64,000 nt of DNA from Nitrospirota bacterium (lineage in GTDB: Bacteria; Nitrospirota; Nitrospiria; Nitrospirales; Nitrospiraceae), in the NCBI GenBank assembly GCA_963703955.1, contig CAVPGK010000014.1, positions 1-64,000 on the forward strand, given 5' to 3'. A program made the position numbers and the translations under genes. Shown piece by piece: positions 49,514 to 60,277 of this stretch (position 1 is its first letter; every line of letters starts with the position of its first letter). The notes beneath the pieces are model-generated. The model ran no database searches. It worked only from the letters and a program-made list of their open reading frames with translations, and was not told the origin of the DNA.

Positions 49514-50218
49514 ATGATGGTCACGATCAAACTGTTCGGTCTCATGAAAAGCCTCGCCGGCAACCGAACCGACATCTCGGTCGCGCTCAACGGCGCCCGC
49601 ACTATGAAAAATTTGCTCTCCACGCTCGAACCGGCGTATCCTCAAATTGCCGAACTGATTGACAAGAAGAAGGTTCTGGTATCGGTGAACCACGAGATTG
49701 CACGGGACGACACTGAGATTCGAGAAGGCGACGAAGTCGCATTGCTTCCGCCATTTGCTGGGGGGACGGACCAGGGGGCGACCCTCTTCGACGAGGCCAT
49801 GCTGGTTCGCGTGCAGCGTGAAAATTTTTCGATTGATGCCGAGATCGACCGAGTGCGACGACGTTCCAACCGGATCGGAGGGATTGCGACTTTCCTGGGC
49901 ACCGCGCGAGATCGTTCGAAGGGCCGTGACGTCAGTGGAATTACGTTCGAGCATTACGAAGGAATGGCGCAAAAGAAACTGAGGGAGATCCGGGAACGCG
50001 CTCTGAAAGATTTTGATGTCATTGAGGTGCTGATCCTGCACCGTTATGGCGCGATTGAGATCAGCGAGAACATTGTGCTGATTGTTGTCGGAGCGGAGCA
50101 CAGAGCGGACGCGTTCAGGGCCTGCCAGTGGTGCATCGATGAGCTGAAGCAGATCACTCCAATCTGGAAATTGGAACAGACGCCGGAAGGGCAGGTGTGG
50201 GTCGAGGAGCATCCATGA
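49514..50218 (+). CDS. moaE: Fused molybdopterin synthase MoaD-MoaE
   Basis: ThiS/MoaD domain ending PPFAGG, followed by MoaE (GGIATFLG, EHYEGMA, HR, PIWKLE). Confidence 0.92.
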   Translation: MMVTIKLFGLMKSLAGNRTDISVALNGARTMKNLLSTLEPAYPQIAELIDKKKVLVSVNHEIARDDTEIREGDEVALLPPFAGGTDQGATLFDEAMLVRVQRENFSIDAEIDRVRRRSNRIGGIATFLGTARDRSKGRDVSGITFEHYEGMAQKKLREIRERALKDFDVIEVLILHRYGAIEISENIVLIVVGAEHRADAFRACQWCIDELKQITPIWKLEQTPEGQVWVEEHP

Positions 50219-51279
50219 ATCCTGTTTCCGTGGAGAGTCCAGCCCCACTGACGGTCGATGCCTTCGGCCGTCCACTGCGCAGCCTACGAATTTCCGTTAC
50301 GGATCGATGTAACCTGCGATGCAGGTACTGCATGCCGGAAGAGGAGTACGCGTGGCTTCCCCGGGAGACCCTGTTCTCCTTTGAAGAGATCAACACCATC
50401 ACGGCTTTGTTCACGGAAATCGGCGTCGACAAAGTCCGCTTGACGGGAGGAGAACCGCTCCTGCGTAGAGACCTCACGGTCCTGATACGAATGCTCGCCA
50501 AGAATCGCCGTCTCAAAGATATCGCTTTGACGACGAACGGCATCCTCTTGGGTGAGCAGGCGCAGTCGCTCTATGACGCAGGATTACATCGCGTAACCGT
50601 CAGCCTCGATACGCTGAGGGCCGAACGCTTTCGCTTGCTCACCCGGCGCGACAGTTTTGACAGAGTTCTGGAGGGTATCGGCACGGTCGTGAAAGTCGGG
50701 TTTCCAGCCCTCAAGCTCGACAGCGTGGCGATTCGTGGATTCAACGATGACGAACTGGTGGATCTGATAGAGTACGGCAAACGGGTGACCGCTGAAGTCC
50801 GATTCATCGAGTATATGGATGTCGGCGGGGCAACCGACTGGTCGATGGATAAAGTCCTCTCTCGAGTGGCCATCCTTGACATCCTGGCCCGGCGGTACGG
50901 AAGGATTGAGCCGATCTGCGAAGACAGCTCCGCGCCGGCACAGCGATTCCGTTTGTCGGATGGCGCAACCTTCGGGATCATTCCTTCAACGACGATGCCG
51001 TTTTGCTCGTCCTGCGATCGGAGCCGGATCACGGCCGATGGTTTCTGGTATCTCTGTCTCTATGCCAAAGACGGCATTGACCTTCGGGGGCCCCTGCGGG
51101 GCGGCGCTTCGAGGGATGAGATCAAAGCCCTCATTCTTTCCGCGTGGCAAGGGCGCAGGGATCGAGGGGCGGAGGAGCGAAAAGCTCTCGAACGACTCGG
51201 TCTACGAGAGGATCGATTGATCGAGATCGATCAACTTCGTGAGGATCCTCACCTCGAGATGCACGCCAGAGGTGGATGA
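50215..51279 (+). CDS. moaA: GTP 3',8-cyclase (radical SAM)
   Basis: CNLRCRYC, FCSSCDRSR..CL, C-terminal GG. Confidence 0.95.
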   Translation: MNPVSVESPAPLTVDAFGRPLRSLRISVTDRCNLRCRYCMPEEEYAWLPRETLFSFEEINTITALFTEIGVDKVRLTGGEPLLRRDLTVLIRMLAKNRRLKDIALTTNGILLGEQAQSLYDAGLHRVTVSLDTLRAERFRLLTRRDSFDRVLEGIGTVVKVGFPALKLDSVAIRGFNDDELVDLIEYGKRVTAEVRFIEYMDVGGATDWSMDKVLSRVAILDILARRYGRIEPICEDSSAPAQRFRLSDGATFGIIPSTTMPFCSSCDRSRITADGFWYLCLYAKDGIDLRGPLRGGASRDEIKALILSAWQGRRDRGAEERKALERLGLREDRLIEIDQLREDPHLEMHARGG

Positions 51280-51374
51280 ATGCGCGCGACGTAGGATTCA
51301 CCTGTCTTCGTCTCGCCTCAGAGCCGACTGCCTCTACTCGTTCTATCCCCGCGAATATTTTCAGGAACGGTCTC

Positions 51375-52082
51375 ATGCCTGATATTCAGTTTTTCACCGT
51401 GTTGGGCCTCGGTTTTCTCCTTGGGGCTCGTCATGCGTTGGACGCTGATCATGTAGCCGCGGTGTCCACGATGCTGTCGCAACGTCCTAGCCTCCGTGCG
51501 TCCGGTCTCATCGGGTTCTCGTGGGGTTTTGGGCATACGGTGGTGCTCTTGCTGGTGGGCCTGGCGGTCATCCTGCTGAAGATCAGCATTCCTGCGCGAC
51601 TGGCAATGGCGTGCGAATTTGTTGTGGGGATGATGCTAGTCGGCCTGGGCAGTTCGCTGGCGTGGACCCTTTATCGAGAGCGATGGCATGTGCACGCGCA
51701 CCGGCATGACGGGGCGACTCATTTGCACTTACATAGCCATGGGGTTCACACCGACCACGGTCATGAGCATTGGCTCAGGGTTTCTCTTCGACCGTTTCTC
51801 GTCGGCATGGTCCATGGGCTGGCGGGATCTGCAGCCCTCATGTTCATGGTCTTGTCCACGGTTCGCACCTTGTGGGAAGGAATCGCCTACATCCTCGTCT
51901 TCGGAATCGGTTCTATCGTCGGGATGATGCTCCTGGGTGTGCTCATCAGCCTCCCTCTTGTCTTGTCGGCTTCGCTCGGCCGGCGTGCACAGCTGGCGGT
52001 GCAGGGGCTGGCGAGTCTGGGAAGCGTAGGCCTTGGCTTCGTCATGATCATCCGGATCGCCTTGGGAGAGGGTGGGTTGTAG
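51375..52082 (+). CDS. Nickel/cobalt transporter (UreH/NiCoT-like)
   Basis: HALDADH, WGFGH, His-rich loop, GMVHGLAGS. Confidence 0.85.
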   Translation: MPDIQFFTVLGLGFLLGARHALDADHVAAVSTMLSQRPSLRASGLIGFSWGFGHTVVLLLVGLAVILLKISIPARLAMACEFVVGMMLVGLGSSLAWTLYRERWHVHAHRHDGATHLHLHSHGVHTDHGHEHWLRVSLRPFLVGMVHGLAGSAALMFMVLSTVRTLWEGIAYILVFGIGSIVGMMLLGVLISLPLVLSASLGRRAQLAVQGLASLGSVGLGFVMIIRIALGEGGL

Positions 52083-52259
52083 CAGAGTGCATGATGAACG
52101 CCTCGTGCGCCAGCCGACCCTCTCGACCAAGCTCCTCCTGTTCAGTGAATCGGCTGTCTCGCCATCGCGGTGGCGTCAGAAGATGTGACGCGAGTTATTT
52201 TCTCGCGTCGCAGGGCTGGCGACGGCATTCATGACCGATCCGGGCTGTCTCCCCCCGTG

Positions 52260-52288
52260 TTGACAGGCTCTTATCCGCTAGGTAAAGT
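52260..52288 (+). promoter_or_regulatory. Sigma70-type promoter for the phosphodiesterase/accD region
   Basis: TTGACA-N17-TAAAGT. Confidence 0.6.
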
Positions 52289-52497
52289 TGCAGCGCCCTT
52301 GTCGGATTGTTGTCTCTAGAACTCGACGCACTTCTTCCAGCATCGTGTCGGAACGCAGAGTGAGCCGTATCTTTGCTCCGGTTGCAAGGTGGCTTCCGGG
52401 GAGTTGATTGAGAACGCGGTGGCTTCTGCGCCATGGGGTGGTCTAGCTCGGGTAGGGCGACGGTGTCGGTGACACCGACCTGTGAGGCAGATCCGCG

Positions 52498-53286
52498 GTG
52501 AAAATCCGTGTGCTGGGGTGCCATGGCTCAGACCAAGTCCTTGATGGAGACCCCGCACCAGTCCAATGCCGCACGTGTGGATTCCTCATCAATGACACTG
52601 TCATGGTGGATGCGGGGACAATCGGCGCTGCGCTGACCCTCCAGGAAGAGAAGCGCATCCGGCATGTTCTGCTTAGCCATCTCCACTTCGATCATATCCA
52701 GGGGTTGCCGACGCTCGCAGATAACCTGGTTGAGGATGCTGGTGACCCGGTAGTGATTACCAGCATTCCCGACGTGTTGAACGGTCTCGTGGCGCACATT
52801 TTCAACGACATGGTCTATCCGAATTTCTTGAAGTTGCCGACCCCGCAGCAGCCCGTGTTTACGCGTCGCGCCTTGGAAGCCGGGAAATCGAGCGAAGTGG
52901 TAGGTCTTCAGGTCATGCCCGTTCACGTGAACCACTTGGTCCCCGCGGTGGGCTTTGTGATTCGTGAAGGCTCCTCGTCCATTCTCTATAGTGGGGACAC
53001 CTATGAGACCGACGAGATCTGGGCCGTGGCGCGGCGAGAGCCGACGCTGAAAGCCGCCTTTATTGAAACATCGTTTCCGGATCAGATGGCGGACATGGCT
53101 ATGGCGAGTCGGCACCTGACGCCATCCCTGTTCGCGCGGGAGTTTCGGAAAATCGGGCGCCCTGGTCTCCCGGTCTATGTGTATCATCTGAAACCAAGAT
53201 GGCGCGCGGTCATTGGGGAACAACTCAAAGGCCTGCACGTTGAGAATTTGACGATACTGAAGGAAGGACAGGTCATCGAAATCTAG
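52498..53286 (+). CDS. Class II 3',5'-cyclic-nucleotide phosphodiesterase (metallo-beta-lactamase fold)
   Basis: VLGCHG, VDAG, SHLHFDH, YSGDT, HLTP, YHLK. Confidence 0.85.
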   Translation: MKIRVLGCHGSDQVLDGDPAPVQCRTCGFLINDTVMVDAGTIGAALTLQEEKRIRHVLLSHLHFDHIQGLPTLADNLVEDAGDPVVITSIPDVLNGLVAHIFNDMVYPNFLKLPTPQQPVFTRRALEAGKSSEVVGLQVMPVHVNHLVPAVGFVIREGSSSILYSGDTYETDEIWAVARREPTLKAAFIETSFPDQMADMAMASRHLTPSLFAREFRKIGRPGLPVYVYHLKPRWRAVIGEQLKGLHVENLTILKEGQVIEI

Positions 53287-53320
53287 GAAGGCTCAGGTTT
53301 AGTATACCTCTTGTCTCTCT

Positions 53321-54157
53321 ATGGCTTGGTTCAAGAAACAAAAGACAGCAACCCCCGAAACTCCGCGGCGATCCAAGTCGGTCGAAGGGATGTGGCTTAA
53401 GTGCAACCACTGCCGGGAAATCGTTTATCGCAAGGAAGTCGATCGCAACAATAAAGTCTGCCCGAAATGCGATTATCATTTTCCAATCTCAGTGTCGGAA
53501 CGCATTGCCCTGCTCGCAGACCTCGGTACGTTTCGAGAGTTGGATGCGGACATCGAGCCTCAAGACCCCTTGAAGTTTACCGACACGCAATCCTATCAGG
53601 ACCGGCTCAGGGCGCAGCAGGAGAAAACGGGTCGGAAAGATGCGTTGGTCGTCGGCGAAGCGGCCATCAATGGGCGGCGCGTAGCGCTGGCGGTCTTTGA
53701 CTTCGGGTTCATGGGCGGCAGCATGGGCTCGGTCGTGGGGGAAAAATTCTGCCGCGCGGCAGAGCGGGCCCAAACATCCCGCTATCCTCTCGTGCTGATT
53801 ACGACCTCAGGCGGCGCGCGCATGCAGGAAGGGATTCTTTCCTTGATGCAGATGGCCAGGACAGCGGCAGCTGTCGCGAAGCTCGCTGAGGCACGGGTGC
53901 CGTTCATTTGCATTTTGGCCGATCCGACCTTTGGAGGGGTGACGGCGAGCGTAGCGATGCTGGGCGATGTCATCATTGCAGAACCGAAGGCGCTGATCGG
54001 GTTCGCCGGACCTCGCGTGATCGAGCAGACCATCAAGCAGCAATTGCCGGAGGAATTTCAACGAGCGGAATTTCTCCTGGAACACGGCATGATCGATATG
54101 ATCGTGGAACGCAAGCAATTGAAAGAAGCCCTCAGCACTCTGCTGAGTCATTTGTAA
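53321..54157 (+). CDS. accD: Acetyl-CoA carboxylase carboxyltransferase beta subunit
   Basis: Zn-finger, [30 protein letters not shown]. Confidence 0.97.
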   Translation: MAWFKKQKTATPETPRRSKSVEGMWLKCNHCREIVYRKEVDRNNKVCPKCDYHFPISVSERIALLADLGTFRELDADIEPQDPLKFTDTQSYQDRLRAQQEKTGRKDALVVGEAAINGRRVALAVFDFGFMGGSMGSVVGEKFCRAAERAQTSRYPLVLITTSGGARMQEGILSLMQMARTAAAVAKLAEARVPFICILADPTFGGVTASVAMLGDVIIAEPKALIGFAGPRVIEQTIKQQLPEEFQRAEFLLEHGMIDMIVERKQLKEALSTLLSHL

Positions 54158-54255
54158 GCGTGACGCGCGAGGGGTAAGAAGCCGGAGGTTAGAGGGTTAA
54201 GGCGGCCTCAACTGTTGGCTGAACCCCTTGATCCCGTTCTTCGCTCTTGGTTCCT

Positions 54256-55554
54256 ATGACATCGTACGCCGAAACCCTTCACTTTTTGTACGGGCTTCAG
54301 AAGCACGGCGTGAAGTTGGGCTTGGAAACCGTGGCTTCACTGCTCCGGCGGTTGGGCGATCCACAGACTCGGTATCCCGTCCTTCACATTGGAGGAACGA
54401 ATGGGAAAGGTTCGACGGCCGCGATGACGGCCTCGATCCTGCAAGCCTCGGGTTTGCGCATCGCGCTGTACACCTCTCCGCATCTTGTTGCGTTCAACGA
54501 ACGTATCCGTGTGAACGGCGAAACGATCGGCAATGAGGAGATTGTCGACCTTACCGTGCGCCTCCGGAGGGTCGCGGGAGCCACGCTGGATCCGACATTT
54601 TTCGAATTTACGACGGCCATGGCGTTTCAATATTTTGCAGACAGAGCAGCGGATGTGGCTGTCCTGGAGGTTGGGATGGGAGGGCGGTTTGACGCCACCA
54701 ACGTGGTGACGCCCCTGGTCTCGGCCATCACGAATGTCGCGTTGGATCACCAAGCCTATTTAGGAGAGACCGTCGGCGCGATCGCATTTGAGAAAGCGGG
54801 GATTGTCAAGCCTCAGGTGCCGCTTGTGGTCGGACGTCTCAGCCCGGGCGCGGCGACGGTCATCGAATCTGTGGCTGTGGAGCGTCAGGCGCCCGCCTTC
54901 CGGTTGAACAAAGAATTTCGGGTCGAGGGGAATTCGATGGCGGAATTTGGGTACGCAGGTATGCAATGGTCGTTTGCTCATCTCTCTTGTCCACTCCCCG
55001 GCGCCCATCAACTCGACAATGCCGGGTGCTCGCTCGCGACGCTCGAACTGGCCTCTGATCATGGATTCCACGTCTCGGAGGACGCGGTTCGAGCCGGGTT
55101 GCGCTCGGTCCAGTTGGAAGGCCGTCTGGAAACCGTCGAGCGCCAGCCGTTGCTGGTCTTGGACGGCGCCCACAATCCGGCAGCCGGAAGGGCCCTCGCC
55201 GATCATCTGGCTCGGCATCGCAGGGCGCATCCGGAGTCCCGAATTATCCTGGTGGTCAGCATGATGCGAGACAAGGATCGTCTCGGGTTTTTTCAGGCAG
55301 TCTTGCCGGTGACGGACGAGGTCGTCCTCACCCGAGCGCAGCTTGACAGGGCCGCGACGGTGGAGGAACTTCGCGACACGTTGGGAGACTGGAGCGGCGA
55401 GGTGACGGAATCGCCGTCGCCTGCCGAGGCATTGACCTTGGCTCGTAAACTGGCGTCCCCGGACGATCTCATTTGTGTAACAGGGTCTTTGATGCTGGTG
55501 GGTGATATCAAAGCTCTGTTGCGCGGGTGTGTTCTTTCTTCTCTCCGTGGCTGA
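54256..55554 (+). CDS. folC: Folylpolyglutamate synthase/dihydrofolate synthase
   Basis: GTNGKGST, TSPHL, EVGMGGRFDATN, DGAHN. Confidence 0.96.
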   Translation: MTSYAETLHFLYGLQKHGVKLGLETVASLLRRLGDPQTRYPVLHIGGTNGKGSTAAMTASILQASGLRIALYTSPHLVAFNERIRVNGETIGNEEIVDLTVRLRRVAGATLDPTFFEFTTAMAFQYFADRAADVAVLEVGMGGRFDATNVVTPLVSAITNVALDHQAYLGETVGAIAFEKAGIVKPQVPLVVGRLSPGAATVIESVAVERQAPAFRLNKEFRVEGNSMAEFGYAGMQWSFAHLSCPLPGAHQLDNAGCSLATLELASDHGFHVSEDAVRAGLRSVQLEGRLETVERQPLLVLDGAHNPAAGRALADHLARHRRAHPESRIILVVSMMRDKDRLGFFQAVLPVTDEVVLTRAQLDRAATVEELRDTLGDWSGEVTESPSPAEALTLARKLASPDDLICVTGSLMLVGDIKALLRGCVLSSLRG

Positions 55555-55555
55555 A

Positions 55556-57925
55556 ATGGGCCCACGCCCCTGGTTGGTGACCCGACCATTCGTTTTTCTG
55601 GCTTTCCTTCTTTGGTTGACTGGAATTCCCCTAGGTTTTGCCGCGCCGCAGGAGGCACCACCGGCCGTCTCAGTCAAACCACCCGCTCCCTCCGCGCAGC
55701 CGATTCAAATTACCGCCGAACACCTGGAGTATCTTCAAAACGTCGATGTGTATGAGGCGGACGGCTCCGTCGTGGTCGTCCAAGGGCCGGTCCGGCTGAC
55801 GGCCGACCATATCACGCTGATGATGCTGACGGGGACGATGGTCGCGACCGGACAGGTCCACCTGACGGATCCTACGAGCGACCTGCACGCGGAGCGTTTA
55901 GAGCTGGATGTCAATACCGACAGCGGGGTGGTGACCAACGGGAAGCTGTATATCAAGCAAAGCAACACTCTGATCACCGGCCGCATCCTGCAACGATTTT
56001 CGGAAAATCACTATCGGGCAAAAGACGGTTCCTTCACAAATTGCGATGCGCAGGAGGGACAGATTCCGGCCTGGCGTTTCACGTTTGAGGATTTCGACCT
56101 CAACGTGGGGGAAGGGGTGTATGGAAGGAAAGTCTGGTTTTGCGTCAACGACAAGCCTCTGATCCGGCTGCCCTCGATGTTCTATCCGATCCAGACTGCC
56201 CGCAAGACCGGATGGCTAATCCCGACGGCTGGGTACGACAACCGCTTTGGGCTGACGTATCGACAAAGCTTTTTCTGGGCGATCAATCCGCACCAAGACG
56301 CGATCATCTCTCCCAACTTCTTGAGCAATCGAGGGTATGGCGCCGATCTCGAGTATCGCTACGTCCTGAATCGGTTGTCCCGAGGCGAATGGCTGTTAAG
56401 TTTCCTTCAAGACACCAAAGAAAGCAAACCTCTCTTCTTGATGAGCGGACTCCATCGGCAGCAAGTGAACCCCGATCTCAGCATTAATGCGCGAGCGTTC
56501 CTGCTTTCCGATACGGATTACTTGAAGAACCTCAGCAACTCAGGCGTCCAGCGAGCGCTTCCAAGCGGCGATACATTTCTGAATGTCAATCAGCGCTTTA
56601 CGAACGGCAATCTCTATCTGCTGGGGCAATTCCTGCAGCCGATAAACGCCGGGGGAAAAGACAGCTTCCAGCGACTGCCCGAGATCGGGCACAGCCTCGT
56701 CAACGTCGCGCCGTTGAATGGACCCGTCCTGCTTGGAATGGATACAACGGTGATGAACTGGGGCAGGGAGGAAGGGTTCAGTTTTCAGCGGGTGGATCTC
56801 GTGCCGTCTCTGTCGACGGATGTGCTCAGTGTCGGTCATGTGGTGGGTGTCAGACCCCAAGTGCGGTTGCGAGAGGTCTTTTACACAAGGGGCGTGACCG
56901 GAGACGAATCGGTCAACCGGGTAACCTTTTGGGGCGCGCTTCAAGCCGATTCACGGCTGACTCGACGTTTCACGATCGGTGAAAACCGGAGCCTAATGCA
57001 TACGATCGAGCCGCGCGTGATCTATGAATTTGTTCCCGCGACGAACCAATCGGATATCATTCAGGTCGATGCCGTCGATAACCTTCCGTACAAGAACTTG
57101 ATCACCTATTCACTCACGAGCCGATTGTTCGAGCAGAAAGCCTCCGCGACGCTCAACAGCTGGATGGATCTGACGATTGCGCAGAGTTACCATGTGGGTA
57201 GGACGCAGAGCCAAGCCGTTGATTTTTTCTTCGCTGGGAATCCGCTTTTCGGGTCGGAAACTCAACCATTACAGCCTCCCACCGTGGGCGTGGACGGGAC
57301 CAAGTTTTCGAATATTTGGACCCGGGCGGTGATCGGCAATCCTGTGAACATCATAAGGGCGATCGATCACGTGCTGACGATCGACGCATTCTACGACCCC
57401 TATGGAGGAGGATTCAGCCAATTCAATGCCGATCTCCGGTTCCAGCATGGGAAGGAGTGGTATGTGGAGGTGGGGGAACGGCACACGAGAGCAGGAAATC
57501 GCCCTCAGCGGGGCGATATCTGGAATCCCTATTCGTTCGGTGATGTGTTCGCGCCCACCCCTGAAATAACCTTCGTCACACTGTCCGCCGCCTTCAAAGG
57601 CCCGTTCGGCCTGATCTTCGGGGCGAGAACCTACTACGACTTCCAGAACGGAAATAGCCCGGAAACCGATGTCGTCGCTCTCTACCGGAATCCCTGCCAA
57701 TGCTGGTCCGTGGGGTTCTACTATATTCAGTTCCCCGACCGGGTGAACTACAATTTTATGGTCAGCCTGACGGGCATCGGCGCGACGCAGAATTTCGGAA
57801 CGGAAATCATGAGGTATCTGCTCTATCCGCTGACGTACGGAGAGCGAGGGCTGCCGTGGGCTTCTCCCTACGGCGCGAGGACGACACCGACCCCGGCGGC
57901 CTCGCAACCTCTTGGCCTCCCTTGA
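55556..57925 (+). CDS. lptD: LPS-assembly outer-membrane protein
   Basis: OstA-like N-terminus, FTNC, RKTGWLIP, QRLPE, beta-barrel C-terminus. Confidence 0.88.
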   Translation: MGPRPWLVTRPFVFLAFLLWLTGIPLGFAAPQEAPPAVSVKPPAPSAQPIQITAEHLEYLQNVDVYEADGSVVVVQGPVRLTADHITLMMLTGTMVATGQVHLTDPTSDLHAERLELDVNTDSGVVTNGKLYIKQSNTLITGRILQRFSENHYRAKDGSFTNCDAQEGQIPAWRFTFEDFDLNVGEGVYGRKVWFCVNDKPLIRLPSMFYPIQTARKTGWLIPTAGYDNRFGLTYRQSFFWAINPHQDAIISPNFLSNRGYGADLEYRYVLNRLSRGEWLLSFLQDTKESKPLFLMSGLHRQQVNPDLSINARAFLLSDTDYLKNLSNSGVQRALPSGDTFLNVNQRFTNGNLYLLGQFLQPINAGGKDSFQRLPEIGHSLVNVAPLNGPVLLGMDTTVMNWGREEGFSFQRVDLVPSLSTDVLSVGHVVGVRPQVRLREVFYTRGVTGDESVNRVTFWGALQADSRLTRRFTIGENRSLMHTIEPRVIYEFVPATNQSDIIQVDAVDNLPYKNLITYSLTSRLFEQKASATLNSWMDLTIAQSYHVGRTQSQAVDFFFAGNPLFGSETQPLQPPTVGVDGTKFSNIWTRAVIGNPVNIIRAIDHVLTIDAFYDPYGGGFSQFNADLRFQHGKEWYVEVGERHTRAGNRPQRGDIWNPYSFGDVFAPTPEITFVTLSAAFKGPFGLIFGARTYYDFQNGNSPETDVVALYRNPCQCWSVGFYYIQFPDRVNYNFMVSLTGIGATQNFGTEIMRYLLYPLTYGERGLPWASPYGARTTPTPAASQPLGLP

Positions 57926-57950
57926 CAATGACGGGACCGGCCTGAATAAT
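57922..57950 (+). promoter_or_regulatory. Sigma70-type promoter upstream of the debranching enzyme gene
   Basis: TTGACA-N17-AATAAT. Confidence 0.5.
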
Positions 57951-58020
57951 CCGGCGAGTCCCCTGGCTGGGCGAAACTTTCACAAATCCTCTGACTGTCG
58001 CTCGAAAGGATTAAGAGGCT

Positions 58021-60234
58021 ATGACTCACAAGAAGGATCAAGGGTTCTCCGTCAAAGACGTCATCCGCGTCAAGGATCAATTCTATATTCTCGCTAGCTC
58101 CTCACTGGCGGATGCTCGAACCCGAGTATTGAAGCAGGGCGAAACCTTTGCCGTCTTTGATCGTCACGGGGATGTCGGGCCGGTCGGGCTCGGGGTGCAG
58201 GGATTGTATCATGAGGGCACGAGGTTTTTGTCGAGGCTGGAATTGAGGCTGGGGAATGACCGGCCCATGCTCCTAAGCTCGACGGTAACGGACGACAACA
58301 TGCTGCTCACGGTGGACCTCACCAATCAGGATGTGTATGACAACGGCGAAATCAGCGTCTGTCGTGGAACCGTGCATCTGTCCCGCTCGATGTTCCTCTG
58401 GCAGGGACGGTGCTACGAGTGTCTTCGAATATGGAATTATGGCCTTATGTCCCTCGATCTGTCGTTTTCCTTTCAGTTTGAAGCGGACTTTGCCGATATC
58501 TTCGAGGTGCGAGGCCTGAAACGGAAGCAGAGGGGTAGACGCCTCGATCCCGTCGTGGAAAACGGAAGCATCGTCATGGCTTATGAAGGATTGGACGGAA
58601 TCACGCGTCGGAGTCGGCTCGAATGCTCTCCGGCACCACAGAGGGTTTCAGGAGCCTCCGCCCACTTTGAGACCCGGCTTCCGCAGAAAGGGGAGACGAC
58701 CGTCTTTCTGACCGTCTCGTGCGAGGTCCAGGAGACCTCACATCCCCGTCTTTCCTACTCGGACGCCCTTGTGGAAGCACGTAAGGCAAGCAGCGAGGTC
58801 TGGGGCCAGGACAGCCATATCTATACCTCCAACGAAGGATTCAATGATTGGCTGAATCGATCCGTCGCTGATCTCCATATGATGGTAACCATGACTTCGG
58901 AGGGCCCGTATCCCTATGCGGGCGTCCCGTGGTTCAGCACGCCTTTCGGTCGAGACGGCTTGATTACCGCGATGGCCTCCCTTTGGATCAACCCGAGCAT
59001 TGCTCGCGGGGTCCTGGCATATCTCGCCGCAACGCAGGCCAAGGACGTGGCGCCGGAGCAGGATGCCGAACCCGGTAAGATCCTGCATGAAACGCGGTGC
59101 GGCGAAATGGCGGCGTTGGCGGAGATTCCTTTCGGTCGCTATTACGGCAGCGTCGATGCGGTGCCGCTCTTTGTCATCTTGGCGGGGGAGTATTATCATC
59201 TGACCGGAGACCTCGCGTTTATCCGATCGATTTGGCCGAGCATCGAGCTTGCCTTGCAGTGGATGGAGACATACGGCGATGCGGATCACGATGGCTTTGT
59301 GGAGTATGCCAGGCAGTCTCCTCAAGGACTTGTTCAGCAAGGCTGGAAGGATTCGAAAGACTCCGTCTTCCATGCCGACGGGACATTGGCAGAAGGTCCC
59401 ATCGCCTTGTGCGAAGTGCAGGCGTACGTGTACGGAGCCAGGATCATGGCCGCCCACATGGCCGTGTCGCTCGGTCTTGGGGAGCGAGCGGATGCCTTCC
59501 TGGACCGCGCCGAGAACCTGCGACAGCGATTTGAGCAGACCTTTTGGAGTGAGGAACTCTCTACCTACGTCCTGGCTCTGGACGGAAAGAAACAGCCCTG
59601 TCGCGTTCGGACGTCGAATGCGGGACATTGTCTGTTGACGGGGATCGCGGATGGGGAGCGCGCTCGACGCATGGCTGAGGTGCTTATGCAGGATGATTCC
59701 TTTTCCGGATGGGGAATCAGAACTCTCGCCGCGTCCGAGGTTCGGTACAATCCGATGTCCTATCATAACGGCTCCGTGTGGCCTCACGATAATGCGTTGA
59801 TTGCAGCAGGATTCGCCCGCTACGGACTCAAGCAGCCTGTGCTGAAGATCTTGACGGGCCTATTTGATGCATCGTTGTTTTTGGACCTTCGTCGGTTGCC
59901 TGAACTCTTCTGTGGATTCGTACGACGGCCCAGCGAAGGTCCAACGCTCTACCCCGTCGCCTGCTCCCCTCAGGCCTGGGCGGCCGCCTCAGCGTTTCAC
60001 CTCCTTCAAGCCTGTCTGGGCCTTTCCATTGATGGAGCGACCGGACGACTGACCTTGACCAACCCGATCTTACCGGAGTTTCTTGAAGAGGTGCGGATCA
60101 GCAACCTCAAGGTCGGAAAGGCCAAGGTGGATTTGCTGTTCCAACGCTATCCGCAGGACATAAGTGTCCGTGTCCTTCGAATGGACGGACAGGTCGTCAT
60201 CGAAAAGACCGGTATCGGGTCGTCATCCCTCTAG
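58021..60234 (+). CDS. Amylo-alpha-1,6-glucosidase (glycogen debranching family)
   Basis: AGVPWFSTPFGRD, EPGKILHE, QGWKDS, YHNGSVWPHD, LPELF, CSPQAW. Confidence 0.92.
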   Translation: MTHKKDQGFSVKDVIRVKDQFYILASSSLADARTRVLKQGETFAVFDRHGDVGPVGLGVQGLYHEGTRFLSRLELRLGNDRPMLLSSTVTDDNMLLTVDLTNQDVYDNGEISVCRGTVHLSRSMFLWQGRCYECLRIWNYGLMSLDLSFSFQFEADFADIFEVRGLKRKQRGRRLDPVVENGSIVMAYEGLDGITRRSRLECSPAPQRVSGASAHFETRLPQKGETTVFLTVSCEVQETSHPRLSYSDALVEARKASSEVWGQDSHIYTSNEGFNDWLNRSVADLHMMVTMTSEGPYPYAGVPWFSTPFGRDGLITAMASLWINPSIARGVLAYLAATQAKDVAPEQDAEPGKILHETRCGEMAALAEIPFGRYYGSVDAVPLFVILAGEYYHLTGDLAFIRSIWPSIELALQWMETYGDADHDGFVEYARQSPQGLVQQGWKDSKDSVFHADGTLAEGPIALCEVQAYVYGARIMAAHMAVSLGLGERADAFLDRAENLRQRFEQTFWSEELSTYVLALDGKKQPCRVRTSNAGHCLLTGIADGERARRMAEVLMQDDSFSGWGIRTLAASEVRYNPMSYHNGSVWPHDNALIAAGFARYGLKQPVLKILTGLFDASLFLDLRRLPELFCGFVRRPSEGPTLYPVACSPQAWAAASAFHLLQACLGLSIDGATGRLTLTNPILPEFLEEVRISNLKVGKAKVDLLFQRYPQDISVRVLRMDGQVVIEKTGIGSSSL

Positions 60235-60277
60235 CTCTTCTCGCTCTGTGTCGATCTCCATGCCAGAGGAGGTCTCA

